From Nanobdellota archaeon (GTDB taxonomy: Archaea > Nanobdellota > Nanobdellia > Nanobdellales > Nanobdellaceae), in assembly GCA_042850255.1 (NCBI GenBank), contig AP031373.1:180001-212000 (forward strand): DNA of 32,000 bases, given 5' to 3'. Positions 14,726 to 22,800 of this stretch are shown in pieces. Positions within the stretch are counted from its first letter, which is position 1. Each line of letters opens with the position of its first letter. The position numbers were made by a program, and so were the translations under genes. Under the pieces are notes generated by a model. That model worked only from the letters and a program-made list of their open reading frames with translations. It was not told the DNA's origin and made no database searches.

Positions 14726-16804
14726 ATGGATGATAAAGAAAAGAAGTATCCTCAAGAATTATTTAATAGACCTATATCTACAAGTTCGAATCCAAATATA
14801 ATAAATCAATTACAAGCCTTTATAGAAAAAGTAAGGGCAGGATATCCTGGAGTAGAAGTACAAACATTTAGATTTGAAGAACAGTGGGCTAGAATACCAA
14901 AAATGATATTTGAAGAAATTGCAAGATCTGCTAAAATAAATAATATAGAACTATCTATACATGCTCCAGAAAATGATTTTCAAATATCTGGAATAAAAGA
15001 TGTAAGACAACCAATTAATGAAGAAGCTAAAAAAGATGCTGCATACAAAATTTCTTCAGTATTAGAAGGTGGAGAACTTATGGGACAAATATATGGAAAA
15101 CCAATAAAAGTAAATATGCATGGAGGAGATATACCACTAACTCAATGGGATAAAGAATTTGAAGAAAGAGTGAAAAATAAATTATTGAATGACCCAAATT
15201 ATAGAAGACAATTTGCAGAAAAATTATATAGATTAGGATTTATAACACAGGATCAATATAATCAATTAATACAAAATAATATCAACAGAGATATTTTAGA
15301 AAAAAATGTACCATCATGGGCATTTGCAAGATCTGAAGCTATATATTACAAAATAAATGGAAATTATGAATTTGAAGGTTTATTATCACCATATGAAAGA
15401 GGATTTCAAAGAGTTTTAAGAGAAACAGGAAGAGAAACAGAAGGAGAAATAAGAACTATAGTAGATGATTTATATGATAGGAATGAAAAGTTTTGGATAG
15501 ATGTATTTAATAATATAGATAAGCAATTTTCTGAATTATTATATAAATATCGTAGAAATTTAAACAATTTTGTACAAAATTTATATACTACTGCAGGATT
15601 TGCTTCTGTTTATCAAAAAGGTATAGGAGAATTTATATTTGATATAAAAACATATAGAAATGTTTTAGAGGAGGTAAAAAGATATATAGATATAATAAAG
15701 GAGAATATAGGAGATATAAAAGATCAAAGATTGAGAGAAGAATCTTTAAATAATATAAATAAATATGAAGGATTATTGAATAGTATTATAGACGGATTAA
15801 AAAATTATGAGAATAGATTATCAGAATATGCAAAGGATGCAATGCTAAATACAAATAGTGAACAAATAAGAGATTACTTATTAAATGAAGTAGATAATAT
15901 TGCAAAATATATTGAATCTTCATCTGATATAGTGAAATTATTAATGTATAATATGAAAACTAGTATATTTGCTGATAAAATAATACCAGTAGCATATCCA
16001 TTTCAAGAAGTAGCTACTAAAGTCGGGGCAGAAAATATTGCAGAAGGAGTAAAAATGTTAATTGAAAGAGAAAAAGCTAGAGATCCTGAAAATTGGTATA
16101 AAAATATTGCACAATATTTACCAGATATTATAATAGAAGAATCTTATCCAGGTACTCCGGGAACAAGACCTGACATATGGAAAAATTTATTAAATAATAT
16201 AAGAGAAGAATTAAGAGAAACTATAAATCAATATCCTGAATTAAAAAAGGAAATAGAAAAACAATATGGTAGCGTTGATAATTATTTAAAATATAAAGTT
16301 GGTGCTAATTTAGATGTAGGACATATAAAAATGTTTGAAAAATTTGGTTATAATAAAGAAGATATATTAAAATGGGTAGAAGAGATTAAACCTGAAATAA
16401 AACATTTACATTTGCATGAAGCTCAATGGGGTACTGATACACATTTACCTGTAGGATTAGGATGGGATAATGTTATAGCTGAAGAATTAGAAAAAATAAA
16501 GGATATATTGGGAAATATATCTGTAGTACACGAACCTGGTGGATGGTATTCTTATCAATTTGCAGAATCTTATGGAAATGAATATTCATATTATTTACAG
16601 GGTGTAAATCCTACAAATGTATATGGTCCATTATATGGTACAGGAGTATTTACATTTACTCCATATGGAGGTGTACAACTTGTCCCTCAATATATACAAT
16701 ATACTCAATATTCTCCATATTCTTATAGTATATTTACTCAATTACCACTAGATTTAGGAGGAGGTAAAAAACAACAAACATTTACTGGAGAAAAATTAGA
16801 TTAA
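14726..16804 (+). CDS. AP-endonuclease-2 / xylose-isomerase-like TIM-barrel protein (Endo IV-like ligand set) with a ~330-aa insertion and a Tyr-rich tail
   Basis: Motifs in order: LSIHAPEN (H79), KVNMHGGD (H132), IIIEESYPG (E471), NLDVGHIKMFEKFGYN (D530/H533), IKHLHLHEA (H562/H564), DTHLPVGLGWD (D571/H573), VVHEPGG (E603). This mirrors E. coli Nfo as I remember it: HDSYLINL, NFHPGS, VIENTAG, CIDTCHAFAAGYD, MHLNDA, DRHHSLGEG, LILET. Confidence 0.7.
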   Translation: MDDKEKKYPQELFNRPISTSSNPNIINQLQAFIEKVRAGYPGVEVQTFRFEEQWARIPKMIFEEIARSAKINNIELSIHAPENDFQISGIKDVRQPINEEAKKDAAYKISSVLEGGELMGQIYGKPIKVNMHGGDIPLTQWDKEFEERVKNKLLNDPNYRRQFAEKLYRLGFITQDQYNQLIQNNINRDILEKNVPSWAFARSEAIYYKINGNYEFEGLLSPYERGFQRVLRETGRETEGEIRTIVDDLYDRNEKFWIDVFNNIDKQFSELLYKYRRNLNNFVQNLYTTAGFASVYQKGIGEFIFDIKTYRNVLEEVKRYIDIIKENIGDIKDQRLREESLNNINKYEGLLNSIIDGLKNYENRLSEYAKDAMLNTNSEQIRDYLLNEVDNIAKYIESSSDIVKLLMYNMKTSIFADKIIPVAYPFQEVATKVGAENIAEGVKMLIEREKARDPENWYKNIAQYLPDIIIEESYPGTPGTRPDIWKNLLNNIREELRETINQYPELKKEIEKQYGSVDNYLKYKVGANLDVGHIKMFEKFGYNKEDILKWVEEIKPEIKHLHLHEAQWGTDTHLPVGLGWDNVIAEELEKIKDILGNISVVHEPGGWYSYQFAESYGNEYSYYLQGVNPTNVYGPLYGTGVFTFTPYGGVQLVPQYIQYTQYSPYSYSIFTQLPLDLGGGKKQQTFTGEKLD

Positions 16805-16836
16805 TCCTTTATAAATATTTTTAATTAGTTTTATAT

Positions 16837-18201
16837 ATGAGCTTACTTGATACTATATCATCATATTTACCAACTATAGAAAATCCTAAGAAATTATTAA
16901 CATTAAGGGAAAGAATAATGAATACATTATTAGTAATTGCTTTATATACAGTTATTGCATCTATACCATTATTCGGAATTTCTCCTGAAGTTTCTGCAAG
17001 ATTAGAAGAATTGTTATGGTTATTTGGTTCAAATTTAGGTACATTAGCAAGTGTAGGTATTGCTCCACCAATTGTTGCAGGAATTTTTATGCAATTATTG
17101 GTTGGAATGAAAATTATAGATATAGATATAAGTAAGGATGAAGGAAAAGAAAAATTTGATAATTATACAAGAGCTATTGCATTCTTCTTTATTATAATTG
17201 AAAGTTTAGTATTAATATTAAGTGGAAATATTGCTCCAAATATATTTTTAGGAATAAATCCACTATTATTATATATAATTTTATTTATCCAATTAGTAAT
17301 TGGTGGAATAATAATATTATTATTAGATGATTTTTGTTATAAATATGGAATTACCTCTGGAATAAATATAATTATTTTAACAGTAATTAGTATTGCACTA
17401 GCTTTGAGATTATTTAATCCATTATCTCCTCCAGCAGGAAATGTTAGTTTATTTGCACAACCTACAGGTTATATACCTGCAGGAATATTATATTTAACTG
17501 AAGGAAATATTAATCTAGGATTAGCATTTTTATTTGCAGCAATTGCAACATTTGGTATATTAATATTTGCAGTATATTTACAATCATTAAAAGTAGATGT
17601 TCCTTTATTATATTTTAATATAAATGGAGAAGTAATAAAATATCCAATACAATTATTATATACATCTGTAATTCCTGCAATATTTATTTATGCATTAATA
17701 ATTGAAGTACAATCATTATTTGGATTTAATCCAAATAATCCAATAGTTCAATTATTATCTCCACCAAATGTAATAATTAATTTAGGACAATTTGGAATTT
17801 CCTGGTTATATAATCCATTTAATATATTTCATATAATATTTTATTTCTTATTATTTGTAATAGGTGGGATGTTTATATCAAAATTCTGGATACACGCAAT
17901 TGGAATGGATCCAAAGAATATGGCAAATTATTTAACAAATGACCCAAATTCTCCAATGTATATGAGAGATCCAAGAATTGTAGAAGATATGTTAAGAAAA
18001 TATATAGATCCAATAGGATATCTATCAGGATTTTTGATGGGTTTACTAGCATCTTTAGGAGATATATTAAGTTCTGCAGTATCTGGAGTTTCAATATTAT
18101 TATTAATAGTAATCGCAGGGCAAATATATAATGATATGAAAAGGTTAAAGGCATTACATTTATTCCCACTAATAGGAAAATATTTATCAAAAAATGATTG
18201 A
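16837..18201 (+). CDS. secY: preprotein translocase subunit SecY
   Basis: About 10 TM segments with an archaeal SecY N-terminus (LPTIENPKK.LTLRERIMNTLLVIALYTVIASIPLFGI). It lies in an operon context with L34e and L14e. Confidence 0.92.
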   Translation: MSLLDTISSYLPTIENPKKLLTLRERIMNTLLVIALYTVIASIPLFGISPEVSARLEELLWLFGSNLGTLASVGIAPPIVAGIFMQLLVGMKIIDIDISKDEGKEKFDNYTRAIAFFFIIIESLVLILSGNIAPNIFLGINPLLLYIILFIQLVIGGIIILLLDDFCYKYGITSGINIIILTVISIALALRLFNPLSPPAGNVSLFAQPTGYIPAGILYLTEGNINLGLAFLFAAIATFGILIFAVYLQSLKVDVPLLYFNINGEVIKYPIQLLYTSVIPAIFIYALIIEVQSLFGFNPNNPIVQLLSPPNVIINLGQFGISWLYNPFNIFHIIFYFLLFVIGGMFISKFWIHAIGMDPKNMANYLTNDPNSPMYMRDPRIVEDMLRKYIDPIGYLSGFLMGLLASLGDILSSAVSGVSILLLIVIAGQIYNDMKRLKALHLFPLIGKYLSKND

Positions 18202-18811
18202 TCTATTATTTTTCTACGTTTTAATATTAGTAATAATTATTAATGTTTTAATAAAAATTATAGAATTAAAAACTGGTATAAGAGAACATACGAAAAAATT
18301 ACAAGAAATACAGAAAAAATATGTTGAAAGCATAAAATCTGGAAAAGTAGATGAATTAAATAATATAATGGAAGAATTTACAAAAATATATTCAAAGGTT
18401 ATGAAACATACAATGATTGTAACAATAGTTGGTATAATAGTATTAATAATAGTTACATTTTTATTCCAAACAGGATTTTATATTAAACTAATAAATAATA
18501 GTACTGAAATTATTATTACAAATCCAATATTATATAATCAAGATTTTGCAATATATTATAATGGTAAATTTTTAGGATTTTATCATGCAAATAATAATTT
18601 AATTGTATTAAATAATAGCTATGAAATAAATAAATTATCTGTAAATGTTATAACAAATACTCTACCATTTAAAATATTTAATATTAATTGGTTAAGTCCT
18701 TTATATTTATATATAATATTTTATTTACTTGCCCAAATAATAATATTAATTATTAACAGATTTGGTACAAAATTTATAAAGAAATCTCAGGAAAGTAATA
18801 AAAATGGCTAA
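18194..18811 (+). CDS. membrane protein, probable DUF106/EMC3-like (archaeal YidC/Oxa1-like) insertase homologue
   Basis: Layout is TM1, then a coiled-coil (KKLQEIQKKYVESIKSGKVDELNNIMEEF), then TM2 and TM3. It sits between secY and rpl34e, as MJ0480-type genes commonly do. An extra segment of about 75 aa, Asn/Ile-rich, lies between TM2 and TM3. The call rests mainly on synteny. Confidence 0.45.
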   Translation: MIDLLFFYVLILVIIINVLIKIIELKTGIREHTKKLQEIQKKYVESIKSGKVDELNNIMEEFTKIYSKVMKHTMIVTIVGIIVLIIVTFLFQTGFYIKLINNSTEIIITNPILYNQDFAIYYNGKFLGFYHANNNLIVLNNSYEINKLSVNVITNTLPFKIFNINWLSPLYLYIIFYLLAQIIILIINRFGTKFIKKSQESNKNG

Positions 18812-19073
18812 AACATATTTATACAGAAAAACTCCCTCAGGTAATATTACTGTAATTGTAAAATTAAAAAAAGGTAATAGACCTAGATGTGCAATTTGTG
18901 GTAAAGAATTACAAGGTTTACCAGGATTACATTATGCAAAATATAGGAAACTAAATTTATCTCAAAAAAGAGTTAGTAGAAAATATGGAGGATATCTATG
19001 TCATAAATGTTTAGAAAAAATATTAAAGGAGAAAGTAAGGGAAAAGTTAAAAGGTATTAATATTAATCAATAA
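18804..19073 (+). CDS. rpl34e: 50S ribosomal protein L34e
   Basis: YRKTPSGNITVIVKLKKGNRPRCAICGKELQG...RKYGGYLCHKC. Confidence 0.9.
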   Translation: MAKTYLYRKTPSGNITVIVKLKKGNRPRCAICGKELQGLPGLHYAKYRKLNLSQKRVSRKYGGYLCHKCLEKILKEKVREKLKGININQ

Positions 19074-19075
19074 AG

Positions 19076-19441
19076 ATGGTCTTACAAGTTGGTAGAGTAT
19101 GTGTAAAATTAAGGGGAAGGGAAGCTGGTAGAATTTGCGTAGTAGTAGATATAATAGATAATAAATTTGTATTAGTAGATGGAAATGTTAGAAGAAGAAG
19201 AGTAAATATAAATCATTTAGAACCAACTGATAAAATATTAAATATACAAAAAGGCGCAAAAACTGAAGATGTAATAAAAGAAATGTTAAAAAATAAAATA
19301 CCTGTAGCTTATTGGAAATTAAAAAGAGAAAATTTATTAACAAATGAGATAGTAGAATTATATAAACAAAACTTTGGGGAAAATTGGGAAGAAATTGCAA
19401 AATCTTTAGGTTCTCCAGGTAAAGGAAAGATAGTCGTATAA
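19076..19441 (+). CDS. rpl14e: 50S ribosomal protein L14e (with a C-terminal extension of ~30 aa)
   Basis: VGRVCVKLRGREAGRICVVVDIIDNKFVLVDGNVRRRRVNINHLEPT is a KOW-like L14e core. Confidence 0.88.
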   Translation: MVLQVGRVCVKLRGREAGRICVVVDIIDNKFVLVDGNVRRRRVNINHLEPTDKILNIQKGAKTEDVIKEMLKNKIPVAYWKLKRENLLTNEIVELYKQNFGENWEEIAKSLGSPGKGKIVV

Positions 19442-19496
19442 TTTTTGTTTTGATTTAGTTGTTACTGTATATTAAATCCATATTGATAAACATTTG

Positions 19497-19517
19497 TTTA
19501 TAAGGTAAGAAATATCC
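19497..19517 (+). promoter_or_regulatory. putative promoter of small ORF 19526: TTTATAA-N8-ATATCC, 8 nt before the ATG
   Basis: Same TATA-N8-ATATC architecture as the P1 and P2 promoters. Confidence 0.4.
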
Positions 19518-19525
19518 TATATTTT

Positions 19526-19693
19526 ATGGATGGAAAAATTCTATCTAGCATAGTTATAATTGGTGGAACATTAGTAGAACTTTACTTATTATGGAATCCT
19601 AGTTTTTTTCAAAGTGAATATTTAAAGTTATTAGCAGGTAGCATAGTTGCTTTAGATGTTTTGGCACTTTTAGAAATTTTATTACATCTATAA
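19526..19693 (+). CDS. small two-helix membrane protein (55 aa); below the ORF-track size cutoff
   Basis: My translation: MDGKILSSIVIIGGTLVELYLLWNPSFFQSEYLKLLAGSIVALDVLALLEILLHL. It has two hydrophobic helices and a well-placed TATA, and it fills an otherwise empty 276-nt gap. Confidence 0.45.
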   Translation: MDGKILSSIVIIGGTLVELYLLWNPSFFQSEYLKLLAGSIVALDVLALLEILLHL

Positions 19694-19717
19694 TTTTTTG
19701 AAAATAATAATTTTTTA

Positions 19718-19789
19718 GGGCCCGTAGTCTAGTGGTAAGATTCCGGCCTCGCTAGCCGGAGATCCCGGGTTCAAATCCCGGCGGGTCCA
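19718..19789 (+). tRNA. tRNA-Ala (anticodon CGC), no encoded CCA, no intron
   Basis: Acceptor stem pairs GGGCCCG with CGGGTCC and includes the G3:U70 Ala identity pair; discriminator A. Anticodon arm is CCGGC-CTCGCTA-GCCGG. T arm is CCGGG-TTCAAAT-CCCGG. Position 37 reads as T, which is unusual. Confidence 0.9.
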
Positions 19790-19867
19790 CTATTAAAAAT
19801 ATTTAATTTATTTTAGATAGAAATCTAAAATTATTTATATAAAATTAGTAATATAAAACTTCTATTT

Positions 19868-22800
19868 TTATATTAATATTAAAGCTATTGCAATTATTCC
19901 TACTAACAATGGATATAATATATTTTCTGATGCAACTAAGGATGTTGGAGATGAAAAATAATTTACTACTAAATTATATTGATAATTCAATACATTATCA
20001 TTATCTAAATCAAAACCTAGATATAATATAGAAGATCCTACATAAAATGGAAATGTTGCAAGTTGAACTATATAAGATTGTCCCGGTTGTAATGTTGGTA
20101 TATTTATATTTTCCACCTTATAAAGTGGCATATTATTATATAATATTTCTGGAATATTTCCCAATTGTTGCAAACTAATTGAAAGATTATTTATTGTTAT
20201 ATTATTACTAGTATCTGTTAAATTCAATATTAGGTAATAATATGGTATATTTAAATAAAAATTAAGTGTATTTCCCACAGGATAGATTCTTTGATTATTA
20301 TTTTCAGGAATTGCGTATATTTGTAATTTTAATATTTCAGATAGAAGTAAAATGTTAAGAGTATAAGTAGCTATGTATGATGAATAATTATTAAATGCTA
20401 TAACTTGTATACTATACGTACCTGAAGGAGTATATGTAGAAGAAGTTATATCAATTGGTATTGAACATGAAGTACTTGTAGTAGTACATGAATTACCTTG
20501 AGGGAGTGAACAATATACTCCAGAAGGTGGAGAAGAAATCTGTTGAATTGATATAGAGGGCATAACACCATTTGGTGGATATGCTCTCACTAAAGTCCAA
20601 CCAATATTAATCTCTGTAGAAACACCAGATACTCCATCAGTTGACGCTTGAAATAATAAAACAAAAGTATCAGAACTAGAACCAGTTACATAATTACTAT
20701 TTTGAACAACTCCATCAGGCCATAAAATATTAAAGGCAAAACCTGTGCTATTTAATATTTCTTGAACAATAAAAGTATAATCATAAACTGAAGATGAAGC
20801 AGGAACTACATATCCATTATAAGCTCCATTAAAGAATACTTCTGCCTGATTATAATAATTAGTTGATGAAAAAAGTCCATAGTCTCCATGACCCGTTTGT
20901 ACCATCCAACTATAGTAGTTCTGGTCTGCAATATCAGATACACTTGTAGCACTACTTAACCAGATATATTCTCTTGCTCTTATATCATCTCCAGATGATC
21001 CGTATAAATTTTCTAAAGTTTCCCATATAAATGGTTGTGATTGAGTAAATGTTTGCTTTGAATATATCCAAACTCCTCCATAGCTACCATTTCCTAAATA
21101 ATATAATTGAACTCCGTTGTCCACATTCATATAACCTGTTGAACCTGAGGGTATATATTCACCAGCAACCCATAAATCTGTATTCAAACTTGTTCCAGCA
21201 AAATTGTCATAAAACTCAAATACATATTGTCCATTATCATATATTCCATAATTTAGACATTGACTCATATTAGTATATCCTTCTTCATAACAATACCAAT
21301 ATGCGCTTACTCCAACAAATGGATAATATTGTTGATAATAGTTAGTAGAAGAAGGTCCTACATTCATATATATAGTAACCTGTCCATTTGCTGGTATTCC
21401 ATTAGGCAATTTTACCCACCAAACATCACAATATACTCCATTAATATTTTCCTGTCCCTCAAACCAGGAATATAACAAAGTAGTAGAATTGGAGAAATAT
21501 ACATTCTGACCATTAGAGTCTATTTCATTAAATAATGTAGGATTATCTACATATGCAAAATTATTACCTAAATTTACATTTCCGTTACATATTGCAATAT
21601 CTTGTTGAAATGGTGCTGGAGTAGGAATTGGTTGAGAATTTGTTATAGTTATTTGGTATATATTATTTAAATTACAAGAAAGAGTTATAGTTGTAGATGC
21701 ACCTCCTGGATTATATAGATTTGCTGTTGCTGTAGTAGATAAGGATCCTCCTGGATATGTATATCCTGATGAAGGATTTAGTATTAATGAAGTAATAGTT
21801 GGTGGTATTACATTTACAGTTATATTTATAGATCCTGAATTACCTGTAACTGTATCTGTTGCTGTTATTGTTACTGTATATGTTCCAACATTAGTAGTAG
21901 GAGATACGGATATATTTAATACCGCGGATCCTCCCGAACTTGTTGTATTAGGAGATATACTACAAGATAGTCCTGATGGAGCATTGCATGATAAACTTAA
22001 TGAATATCCATAATTATCTGATGCTGTTATTGTTGATATATTATAACTACCTTGGTATATAGTTAATGATGATGGAGATGCTGATACTGATATAGATTCT
22101 GAAGGAACTGTTACTGTAATGGTTGTAGAATTACTATTACCAGTAACTGTATCTGTTGCTACAATATTTATATTATATGTACCAGGAGAAGTACTGGAAG
22201 GTACCGATATAGTTAATGTAGAACTTGATCCTGAAGAAATAGTACTGGGATTAAAACTACAAGACCAACCAGATGGTAAATTACTACAAGATAAAGATAG
22301 AGAATATCCATAATTATCCGAAGCAGTAATTGTTGATGTATTAGAACTTCCTGGATATATATTTAGAGTACTTGGAGATGCCGATACAGAAATTGTTTCT
22401 GAAGGTATATTATATGTAAATGTTGCGGATGCTGAAGAAGCTGAAGTAGATCCTACAATTTGAATATTATAAGAACCTGGAGAAACTGATGTAGATGAAG
22501 TTATATTAATTGGTATTGAACATGAAGTACTTGTAGTAGTACATGAATTACCTTGTGGGAATGAACATGTAAATCCTGATGGAGTATTACATGAAAATGT
22601 TACTGTTGTAGATGCACCTCCTGGATTATATAGATTTGCTGTTGCTGTAGTAGATAAGGATCCTCCTGGAGCAGAGGAACCGGAAGAGGGATTAAGAGTT
22701 ATAGATGTAATTAAGACTGCTGGCTGAATTGAAAATGATGGCATAACACCATTTGGAGGATAAGATCTAATTCTTACCCAATATACCAGATAATTTTGTA

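Noticed and set aside
21049-21475. Plus-strand ORFs 21049-21273 and 21260-21475 (and 22119-22313) inside P2
   Set aside because: They are antisense to a long, well-supported modular gene and have odd composition (H/I/L/N/Y-rich). They have no starts with a TATA at the usual distance.
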